A DNA stretch of 32,000 bases, taken from assembly GCA_039630085.1 (NCBI GenBank), contig JBCNVM010000010.1, forward strand, positions 17,090 to 49,089. Reading direction: 5' to 3'. Each line of letters starts with the position of its first letter. Positions within the stretch are counted from its first letter, which is position 1. The notes under the pieces were generated by a model. The model worked only from the letters and a program-made list of their open reading frames with translations. It ran no database searches and was not told where the DNA came from. The translations under genes were made by a program, and so were the position numbers. Shown here piece after piece: positions 25,392-31,408 of the stretch. Origin of the DNA: Candidatus Caldarchaeales archaeon. GTDB lineage: Archaea; Thermoproteota; Nitrososphaeria_A; Caldarchaeales; Calditenuaceae.

Positions 25392-26837
25392 TCAGTCGGT
25401 CACCAGGACCTTCATCTCCTCCGCGATCCCCAAGAGCGTCCTCCTGACCCTCTCGACGAGGTTGTTGGGCCCCGACGCCGCCCTCCCCACGATCACGAGG
25501 TCCATGTCTCCGTAGACCTCGTCGACCGACTCGACGTCCTGCCATCCCGAGACCTCGGCGACGACCCTCGAGACGTCGGACTGGGGCCTCAGCTTGACCA
25601 TGATGTAGACCTTCTCGATCCCGAAGTAGGCCCTGAGGAGGTCCTCCGGGATCCTGAGCCCGAGCACCGCCTCTAACCCCTCCCTGAGTTCCTGGAACCT
25701 GACCCTCCCTCCGTTGGCGACGTAGTGGGCCGCGACGAACTCCGCCGCCCTCCTGGCGGCCTCCTCGTCGAGCGAGGCGTTCAGCTTGGACGCGATGTCG
25801 AGGAAGACCTTGTGGCTGATGTACGGCGTCGGGGCGAGGGCGACCCCGTCGAAGTCGAACCTCAGCTTCCCAACGGGGACGTAACCGTCAGGCCTCCTGA
25901 TGACCATCGACTGGTGGACTCCGGCCCTGACCGTCCTCGACTCGGGGGCGAGCGGGTGCCTCCAGTATTGCCTGATCCCCGTGACCCTCGAGAACTCCGC
26001 GTAGGCCCAGGCCAGCCTCTCCCTCCTCACGCCGAGGTCGACGCCGTGGACGTCGTGGAGCGTCGCGACCACCTCGTAGAGGTCCGCGATCCCGTTCCTG
26101 TCGCCGATGCCGAAGAGCGTGACGTGGGCCTCCTCCGCCCCCTCCAGCACAGCGGTCACCGTGTTGGCCGAGGCCATTCCGTAGTCGTTGTGGAAGTGGC
26201 AGGCGATCGGAAGGGCCGACCTCTCCCTGCAGTACCTGACGAAGGAGGCCGCGAGGAGTGGAGTCATGAGGCCGCTGGTGTCGGGGAGGCTGACCATCGT
26301 GGCTCCCGCGCTCCGGAGGTCCTTCGTGAAGTCCAGCAGCCTGTCCAGCTCCCTGAACTGTCCCTCGACGAAGAGCCTCGAGACGTCCTCTAGCGTCGCC
26401 CTCACGTAGCCGTACCCCTGGGACCTGCAGAGCTCCGCCGCCTCGAGGAGCCTCGCCATCACCTCCTCCTCCGACATCCCCTTCAGCTTGTGCTCCCTGT
26501 GGACCCTCGAGACCGCGACGTAGAACGCGACGCCGTCGACGTCGTACTTCGTGAAGGCCTCGATGTCCGCCCTGTAGGCCCTTCCGTGCATCACCACCTC
26601 GACTCCCCTGTCCCTCAGGAGCTCGACGACCGGCCTTACGTCGGCCTCCGTCGTCTTCGGCGGGTAGTCGACGGTCACCTCGACCCTCCTCAGCCCCAGC
26701 TCCGCGAGGATCTCCGCGACCTTCAGCTTCCTCTCCGGGGTCAGGAACTTGAAGAGCTCGCCCTCCCTCAGCGTCGAGTCGAGCAGCGTCGGCAAGCCCC
26801 GCACCTTTGGCGGCTCGTGTATTAGCCGACAAATCAA
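25392..26837 (-). CDS. Homocitrate/2-isopropylmalate synthase-family (DRE-TIM metallolyase) protein with C-terminal RAM-like domain
   Basis: 481 aa. LLDSTLREGE and HFHNDYGMASANTV metal-binding motifs. The C-terminal ~75 aa (VYIMVKLRPQSDVSRVVAEVSGWQDVESVDEVYGDMDLVIVGRA) resemble an Lrp/AsnC RAM domain. TTG start per the track; GTG 26804 (VRGLPTLL) is an alternative. Confidence 0.85.
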   Translation of the reverse strand: MICRLIHEPPKVRGLPTLLDSTLREGELFKFLTPERKLKVAEILAELGLRRVEVTVDYPPKTTEADVRPVVELLRDRGVEVVMHGRAYRADIEAFTKYDVDGVAFYVAVSRVHREHKLKGMSEEEVMARLLEAAELCRSQGYGYVRATLEDVSRLFVEGQFRELDRLLDFTKDLRSAGATMVSLPDTSGLMTPLLAASFVRYCRERSALPIACHFHNDYGMASANTVTAVLEGAEEAHVTLFGIGDRNGIADLYEVVATLHDVHGVDLGVRRERLAWAYAEFSRVTGIRQYWRHPLAPESRTVRAGVHQSMVIRRPDGYVPVGKLRFDFDGVALAPTPYISHKVFLDIASKLNASLDEEAARRAAEFVAAHYVANGGRVRFQELREGLEAVLGLRIPEDLLRAYFGIEKVYIMVKLRPQSDVSRVVAEVSGWQDVESVDEVYGDMDLVIVGRAASGPNNLVERVRRTLLGIAEEMKVLVTD

Positions 26838-26967
26838 TCTATGTTAAGACACACGTCGAACGTGCAGAGTCCGCATGGGAGCCGACGGGGCGCGATCACC
26901 CAAATATACCGGCCGGGGATGGTAGTGCGCGAAGGGCCCGTAACCGAGGTCATGGGCCAAGGGAAAT

Positions 26968-26979
26968 CAAATAAAAATA
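26968..26979 (+). promoter_or_regulatory. TATA box for the tRNA gene
   Basis: AAATAAAAATAC is centred about 29 nt upstream of tRNA position 1 (27003). Confidence 0.5.
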
Positions 26980-27002
26980 CCGGGAAGGCATGGATGGATG
27001 TA

Positions 27003-27091
27003 GGGCCTGAAGCTCTGCCAGGAAGAGCGCCCGGCCACATGGGGTGAGGCTCTTAACCGGGAGGTCCCGGGTTCAAATCCCGGCAGGCCCG
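27003..27091 (+). tRNA. tRNA-Lys: tRNA-Lys(CUU) with a 15-nt intron in the anticodon arm (non-canonical position)
   Basis: Hand-folded. Acceptor GGGCCTG/CAGGCCC, D arm GCTC-TGCCAGGAA-GAGC, anticodon stem CCCGG/CCGGG, variable AGGTC, T arm CCGGG-TTCAAAT-CCCGG, discriminator G, no encoded CCA. There are 22 nt between the anticodon stem halves. Removing CCACATGGGGTGAGG (27035-27049, or the equivalent 27036-27050) leaves the loop CTCTTAA, i.e. U33-CUU-A37. Confidence 0.8.
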
Positions 27092-27117
27092 CATTCCTGA
27101 CAATTCAAGATCAGGGA

Positions 27118-29121
27118 CTAGTAAACAATAATTATGGACAATCGGGAGTCGGAAAAATTCGAGGGGGGAGAGTCCGTCCTCTGAGTTCGTCTCGATTCCT
27201 CCGTTCTCATCACCTTATCCCTAAGCTTCGCAAGCTTGCGCGGTATCACGAAGCCGACTTTGGCCGCAAACGCCCGTAGCGAGGAGTATCGAATTCGAAT
27301 GCGGTAAAGGTCCTTCTTCGATATCGCTGGGTGGTCCGAGATCATCTTGACGTCGCCACCACGTCTGTGTAGATGTGGTCCAGTAGTTTCGATCTTTAAC
27401 GCACTTAGCTGCTCCTGCACGAATGTAAGGATCCGGACATCAGTGTTGTAGGCCTCTACTCCCACGCTAGAGGCGCACCCCTCCGCGTCGAAGAACCCGC
27501 GGAGGAATGCTGCCCGGCAGGCGTCGTTGAATTCAACGAATGGTCTGATTTTCTCGATCTGCCTTCTAGCTACCAGCTCGTAGAGAACTCTACTGCGCAC
27601 CTGTGCCCTATACATAACAGTTCCATTCCTCATGACCTTCTCAACTGCGGGCGCCGGTCGGCGCAAAACCATTTCTACACAGCGAGAGAATTCTTCAACA
27701 AATTCGCGATCCTTAGCGACAAGCACCAGAACGTACAGACCGTCCGCAGTCCTATACGTGTAGCCGTCGCCCATCATCACCCCGATGATATACGCGAGCT
27801 CCGGGGACGGCTCAAGTAGAACGATAGAGTCTTCTCTCCTCTCGCTTTCATTCTCCGTGTTTCTTTCAGGTTTCCTTCCAGGTTTTCTTAGACCTCTCGG
27901 CAAAGTTTCGCCCCGAAGCCATCTGTCGATAGTCGACGGGTGGAATCTCAGACCGTCCTTTGCGAGCTCCTTGGTGATCCGTCGATATCCGAGCCCCATC
28001 CGGTTGAGTTCACGCACTCGTTTCAGGATCTCATTCTGCCGCTCTGGTGTTTCTCCCAGCATATGTTTTAACCATTTTATTAAGCTGTTTTCATGGACAT
28101 GAATGCCCTCCCTTCGGAGTTCTGCGCGGATTCTATAGTACGGCAGCCCTTGCCGTCGTAGCTCAGCTGCACGATTCAGAACCCTTTCTCTGAGCTCTAT
28201 GCTGTCCTTGATGTGTTTCCACGTGTATATAGGAGGTTTAAAGACCATATCGCCGAGTATGTCGTAATCCCTGAACCAGCTCTCAAGTGTCCTTTCTGCT
28301 ATGTAGATCTTTTCCTCTTCTAACTTCCTCACGATCTCGCTCAGACTGAGTCCCTGTTGTCTGTACTCCAGTGCTTTTCTTAGGATAATGTCTTTGTATG
28401 TGCGCCACATCCAGACGTACCTGTAAATGATCTCTTTAGCCTCTCTAGGTTTCACGTGTTCCGCGTTAGTGTGCTCAGGTGTCGCACTCTCGGACGGTGT
28501 CGTCGCGACGATTTCTGCCATCTCAGCCTGATCAGGAGCAGAACTCTCGGGAGGTTCCTCGGCGATCTCGACGATTTCAGCATGTTCAGACGCTGTGATA
28601 TCGGGTGGCTTAGTGACGATTTTCGTAGTTTCGCCAGCAGCAGGAGTGACCACGATACTGCTTGTCGATCGGGCCCTTGGCACCGTGACAGGGGCGGGCA
28701 GATCTCTAGGCTTGTGGTGTCCCTTGATCCAGCCCCACAGTGTTCCCCGAGGCAGTTTTATGTTAAACTTTCTCCAAATTTCGGCGATAATTTGCCGATA
28801 CGTCGCCCCATCGTCACGTAGTCGTAGGACTTCATAATAGATCTGGCACCAGAGATCCGGAGATGAGCGTGGGAATCTCGCGCCAAAGTGCTTCCGTACC
28901 CAGTTATATATACTCGGATACGGCAGATCAATCCCCTCCTTCAAAAGTGTCCGACGAATTTCAGCAGGCCTGTGTCCAGCCGCTGCAAGAGTCAGGACTC
29001 GTTGTTTAAGGGTCGCAGGATATGGTATTCTTCTCCCCCCTTTCGTGGAATTTCGTCGGCTCTCGTCTACCGAAAAAGGAGACGAGACCGCTGAGTCTGG
29101 ACCCACCAAGCCGTCCGACAT
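27118..29121 (-). CDS. Multi-HTH (five tandem modules) / LAGLIDADG double-motif endonuclease fusion protein
   Basis: 667 aa. Five ~45-aa repeats of the pattern L..L...G.s..eI...L...GI.v...ti..W(l/v)(r/k), at about aa 36-79, 92-136, 243-285, 306-354 and 361-404. An acidic/Pro-rich repeat linker spans aa ~150-225. The C-terminal domain has LAYIIGVMMGDGY and AAFLRGFFDAEGC (LAGLIDADG motifs 1 and 2). GGAGGTGA lies 7 nt upstream of ATG 29121. Confidence 0.85.
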   Translation of the reverse strand: MSDGLVGPDSAVSSPFSVDESRRNSTKGGRRIPYPATLKQRVLTLAAAGHRPAEIRRTLLKEGIDLPYPSIYNWVRKHFGARFPRSSPDLWCQIYYEVLRLRDDGATYRQIIAEIWRKFNIKLPRGTLWGWIKGHHKPRDLPAPVTVPRARSTSSIVVTPAAGETTKIVTKPPDITASEHAEIVEIAEEPPESSAPDQAEMAEIVATTPSESATPEHTNAEHVKPREAKEIIYRYVWMWRTYKDIILRKALEYRQQGLSLSEIVRKLEEEKIYIAERTLESWFRDYDILGDMVFKPPIYTWKHIKDSIELRERVLNRAAELRRQGLPYYRIRAELRREGIHVHENSLIKWLKHMLGETPERQNEILKRVRELNRMGLGYRRITKELAKDGLRFHPSTIDRWLRGETLPRGLRKPGRKPERNTENESERREDSIVLLEPSPELAYIIGVMMGDGYTYRTADGLYVLVLVAKDREFVEEFSRCVEMVLRRPAPAVEKVMRNGTVMYRAQVRSRVLYELVARRQIEKIRPFVEFNDACRAAFLRGFFDAEGCASSVGVEAYNTDVRILTFVQEQLSALKIETTGPHLHRRGGDVKMISDHPAISKKDLYRIRIRYSSLRAFAAKVGFVIPRKLAKLRDKVMRTEESRRTQRTDSPPSNFSDSRLSIIIVY

Positions 29122-29220
29122 CTCCTTCTCACCTCCCGGGGGGCCCGAACCTCCCTTCCCCGAGCAGGAGGAAACCCTCCCGCTAGGAGAAGAGCAGGAG
29201 GGTCCCCCTCTCGGGGGTTA

Positions 29221-29232
29221 CATAAAAAGAGG
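29221..29232 (-). promoter_or_regulatory. TATA-like box upstream of the HTH-LAGLIDADG gene
   Basis: The minus strand reads CCTCTTTTTATG, about 100 nt upstream of ATG 29121. It is followed by a CCCCC-GAGA-GGGGG hairpin and the SD GGAGGTGA. Confidence 0.35.
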
Positions 29233-29277
29233 AGGTTGGGTTTGGGGAGGTGACAGAAATCGTCGTTGGCGTTGAGG

Positions 29278-29451
29278 TCAGATGTTATCGAAGTGCCGGC
29301 GAAGACGCTTCTCGATCTCCTTGGCCCGCACCCAGACGGTCATCCCGACGGCGTCGGTCTCCTCGACCACCCTGAAGCAGGTGACCGGAAGACCGTAGAG
29401 AGCGCCTATCAGGTAGGCCGTCTGGGGCGGGCACTTCTCCCTAGGGTTCAT
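29278..29451 (-). CDS. Small hypothetical protein (57 aa)
   Basis: Hand translation: MNPREKCPPQTAYLIGALYGLPVTCFRVVEETDAVGMTVWVRAKEIEKRLRRHFDNI*. Its ATG lies 10 nt after the stop of the upstream membrane-protein gene and is preceded by GAGGAG. It competes with the + strand track ORF 29266..29469, which looks less protein-like. Confidence 0.45.
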   Translation of the reverse strand: MNPREKCPPQTAYLIGALYGLPVTCFRVVEETDAVGMTVWVRAKEIEKRLRRHFDNI

Positions 29452-29461
29452 GCTCCTCGGT

Positions 29462-29722
29462 TTAGATGAAGCTGATGATCAGCGGCAGCACTAGGTTGGC
29501 GAAGACCAGCGCTATTAGGCCCCCCGCCACCAGCCTCCAGCCAAGGAACTCCTGGCGGAAGCCGACGGCGATAAGGAGCCCCAGCGCGATCATCGCGACG
29601 CTCAGCACGTTGACGATCGGCACAGAAGCCTCTAAGATCGACAGTGTGATCTCCCTAACCATCTGCGAAATCTGCTGACCGACCTCTCGCGCAGTTATCA
29701 GAGCGATCAAATACGCGAACAT
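29462..29722 (-). CDS. Small membrane protein (86 aa, 2-3 TM), hypothetical
   Basis: From ATG 29722: MFAYLIALITAREVGQQISQMVREITLSILEASVPIVNVLSVAMIALGLLIAVGFRQEFLGWRLVAGGLIALVFANLVLPLIISFI. GGAGGTGA lies 7 nt upstream. The Arg/Gly-rich 32 aa upstream in the track ORF are unlikely to be coding. Confidence 0.6.
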   Translation of the reverse strand: MFAYLIALITAREVGQQISQMVREITLSILEASVPIVNVLSVAMIALGLLIAVGFRQEFLGWRLVAGGLIALVFANLVLPLIISFI

Positions 29723-29831
29723 GGCCCTCTCACCTCCACCCCTCGCGTCAACCCGTCCGAGCCGCCTCAGCGGGACTCCCGCCGTGGCTGGGCGGGGTTG
29801 CCCTCGGCGGCCCTTCATCCGGGTTTAAGCT

Positions 29832-29857
29832 CCGGGGCATGGGAAATGGTGCCCCGG
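29832..29857 (-). terminator. GC-rich hairpin downstream of the PriL-CTD-like gene, preceded by a T5 run on the minus strand
   Basis: CCGGGGCA-10 nt-TGCCCCGG, a perfect 8-bp stem. On the minus strand TTTTT (29874-29878) lies about 36 nt after the stop at 29915. The function (terminator or processing site) is unproven. Confidence 0.3.
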
Positions 29858-29914
29858 CCCCTGTTTAATGGGGAAAAATTTTGAGGGGTGGAGGTTCGGG
29901 GCCGTCAGGAAACG

Positions 29915-30370
29915 TCAGGATTTCCGCGATTCCTTCTCCTTCCTCGATGCGTACTGCATCGGGTTCTTTATGTTGACAGGACACAGCCTGCCGTTCTCGA
30001 CGCAGAGTCCGTGCGTTCTCATCGTCTGACACGAAGGCACGGTGTACTTCGTCCTCGATCCTCTGAGCCCTGCAATATGTTCTACCTGATACCTCGCGAC
30101 CCTCTCGTCGAAGTCCGGCCTCTGCGCGTAGAGTCCGATCACCTCGTCAACCGTGTGACCGGCGTTCAGCAGGTATGCCGCGACCCATCTGGTGTCCTCA
30201 GGAGCGCGTTCGTCTATCACGCGCTCGTATTTCCACCTGTAGAGCGTCTCGAGCTCTGGACGTTCTCGGCGGATGGCGTCCTCCAAAATCGGATAGGACC
30301 TCTTGACGACATCGACGACGTAGGCCAGGACTTCCGCGTCGGTCTCAGGTTCAAACTCAGGGGATCCCAC
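29915..30370 (-). CDS. Stand-alone DNA primase large subunit (PriL/p58) C-terminal Fe-S-domain-like protein
   Basis: 151 aa. AAYLLNAGHTVDEVIGLYAQRPDFDERVARYQVEHIAGLRGSRTKYTVPSCQTMRTHGLCVENGRLCPVNIKNPMQY closely resembles the conserved PriL-CTD block, for example human PRIM2 [21 protein letters not shown]...GCPFRH as I recall it. There is no PriL N-terminal domain. GTG start with GGTGA 6 nt upstream. Confidence 0.65.
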   Translation of the reverse strand: MGSPEFEPETDAEVLAYVVDVVKRSYPILEDAIRRERPELETLYRWKYERVIDERAPEDTRWVAAYLLNAGHTVDEVIGLYAQRPDFDERVARYQVEHIAGLRGSRTKYTVPSCQTMRTHGLCVENGRLCPVNIKNPMQYASRKEKESRKS

Positions 30371-30404
30371 ACCACATCACCACACCATAGTGAGTTATGG
30401 CCTA

Positions 30405-30414
30405 CTATAAAAAG
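30405..30414 (-). promoter_or_regulatory. TATA box (CTTTTTATAG on the minus strand) for the PriL-CTD-like operon
   Basis: Forward sequence is CTATAAAAAG. It lies about 40 nt upstream of GTG 30370 in a 98-nt AT-rich divergent spacer. Confidence 0.45.
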
Positions 30415-30438
30415 CTACGGCCACTTGTAGCTCAAATG

Positions 30439-30447
30439 TAATTATAT
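30439..30447 (+). promoter_or_regulatory. TATA box for the RHH gene pair
   Basis: TAATTATAT is centred about 26 nt upstream of ATG 30469, a leaderless-type spacing. Confidence 0.45.
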
Positions 30448-30468
30448 CACACATTCGGGGGTATTGTG

Positions 30469-30636
30469 ATGAGCGAGCAGAGGTTAAGAAAGACCACGAT
30501 CGAGATCTCCGTCAAGACCAAGGAGCGCCTCCTGCGGCTCAAAATTCATCCACGGGAGACATACGATGATGTCATAAATCGCTTGATTGAAGCCTTCGAA
30601 CGGAGTCGCAAATCTCCGCCGGCGAAATCAGCATGA
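30469..30636 (+). CDS. Ribbon-helix-helix / VapB-like antitoxin-type small protein (55 aa)
   Basis: Hand translation: MSEQRLRKTTIEISVKTKERLLRLKIHPRETYDDVINRLIEAFERSRKSPPAKSA*. The pattern (TI.IS..T.ERL..LK...ESY.DVI..LIE) is typical of small archaeal antitoxin-like proteins. Too short for the ORF track. Confidence 0.6.
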   Translation: MSEQRLRKTTIEISVKTKERLLRLKIHPRETYDDVINRLIEAFERSRKSPPAKSA

Positions 30637-30878
30637 AGGCGGAGGTATCACGTCTCCGCCGGCCTCCCGGGCGCGGTGTGCCGATCGCGAGCATAGGGAC
30701 CAAGACCATGCTGAGGAACGATCTTCGGAGCTGGGAAGAATATGAGAAGAGGGAAATGTCGGCTCATTTGCCACTCTCCGGGGCGCTTCGCGACTTCTTG
30801 GAAAACGCTGTCAGGTACGCAACAGGCTGGAGAAGATCGCTAGGAGGCATATCAGTCGGTGCGCTCTTAACAGCTTAA
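30633..30878 (+). CDS. Hypothetical protein (81 aa), possibly RHH-like
   Basis: Its ATG overlaps the upstream stop (ATGA). The segment TKTMLRNDLRSWEEYEKREMSAHLPLSGALRDFLENAV could form strand-helix-helix. It is not PIN-like. Confidence 0.4.
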   Translation: MKAEVSRLRRPPGRGVPIASIGTKTMLRNDLRSWEEYEKREMSAHLPLSGALRDFLENAVRYATGWRRSLGGISVGALLTA

Positions 30879-30901
30879 GAATGCAGAGGTTCATTCCGTT
30901 A

Positions 30902-31153
30902 CTATGTGGCCTGAGACCAGACGCGATCGAACTCCGGCCTATACTGTGAGGCTAGGCGCTCGCCGATGAGCACGATGTTCTCGTCGTTCCTGTCCTCCGC
31001 GGAGACCGAGAAATTATAGCTACCCGTTATAACCAGCCGGCCGTCTATGACAACGAACTTGTGGTGCATGAGGTCGGAGTCGCCGTCGAGAGCCTCGGCA
31101 TGAACGCGAATATCGGCCCCGGATGAAAAGCGTGTCGTCCCTCTGTATCGTCG
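30902..31153 (-). pseudogene. PLD/Nuc-family HKD nuclease, C-terminal remnant
   Basis: Hand translation directly after the CopG-like stop, same frame: RRYRGTTRFSSGADIRVHAEALDGDSDLMHHKFVVIDGRLVITGSYNFSVSAEDRNDENIVLIGERLASQYRPEFDRVWSQAT*. It contains the HxK(x4)D...GS.N motif and an NDEN block. The only ATG (31069) would give 55 aa starting at the catalytic His. The N-terminal half of the fold is missing. Confidence 0.6.
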
Positions 31154-31408
31154 TCACGGAATTGCCACTGCACGGATTTGAACTGAACGAAGCGGGGATC
31201 TCAGGTTACGTCGTCGGGGCATTCCATTCACGTTCTCGGGGGATATCCGTTCATTAAGCCCGAACATCGCCTCCGCCTTGATGAAGTCCCTGACAGCCAT
31301 CCTGATAGCCTCGGATCTGTTCATATAGCGTCCGGCCTCGACCAGAGAGTCGATCGCCTCGAGATATGCATCAGGCATGTGAACGGCAACCACCCGCACC
31401 GTTATCAC
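31154..31408 (-). CDS. CopG/NikR-type ribbon-helix-helix protein with a non-RHH tail
   Basis: 84 aa, GTG start. VRVVAVHMPDAYLEAIDSLVEAGRYMNRSEAIRMAVRDFI is a canonical RHH. The last ~38 aa are Arg-rich and run into the HKD remnant across a TGA. Confidence 0.75.
   Translation of the reverse strand: MITVRVVAVHMPDAYLEAIDSLVEAGRYMNRSEAIRMAVRDFIKAEAMFGLNERISPENVNGMPRRRNLRSPLRSVQIRAVAIP

Noticed and set aside
26920-26965. GCCGGGGATGGTAGTGCGCG..., just upstream of tRNA-Lys, superficially resembles an archaeal tRNA 5' end. I considered a second or split tRNA.
   Set aside because: I could not fold a D arm, anticodon arm or T arm. There is no GTTCRAATC-type T-loop and no complementary acceptor 3' strand.
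29134-29149. TCCCGGGGGGCCCGAA resembles the tRNA 3' end TCCCGGCAGGCCCGCA (13 of 16 identical, direct orientation). It sits at the low-GC/high-GC transition next to the LAGLIDADG gene start, so it could be a degenerate att site bounding a single-gene cassette.
   Set aside because: It is low-complexity CCCGGG-type sequence in a GC-rich stretch. It also lies between the gene's ATG and its own SD and TATA signals, so a cassette bounded here would be cut off from its promoter. It cannot be distinguished from chance without statistics or comparative data.
29266-29469. Track ORF 29266..29469(+), 67 aa.
   Set aside because: The opposite strand carries a 57-aa ORF with an SD-like GAGGAG, a 10-nt spacing from the upstream gene's stop and more protein-like sequence. 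The + strand product is Pro/Gly/His/Arg-rich with no signals. Neither ORF is proven.
31154-31156. The in-frame TGA between the CopG-like ORF and the HKD remnant, considered as a selenocysteine or programmed read-through codon.
   Set aside because: I saw no SECIS-like structure, the Rdx protein in this window uses Cys rather than Sec, and the HKD fold appears N-terminally incomplete. A nonsense mutation or pseudogene is the simpler reading, but it remains flagged as a finding to verify.
31174-31183. A 10-nt match to the tRNA T-loop region (GTTCAAATCC, present as its reverse complement GGATTTGAAC) near the right part of the island. I considered it as a possible att repeat.
   Set aside because: It is only 10 nt and in inverted rather than direct orientation. 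It has no flanking similarity to the tRNA and lies inside the coding tail of the CopG-like ORF. Chance occurrence is likely.
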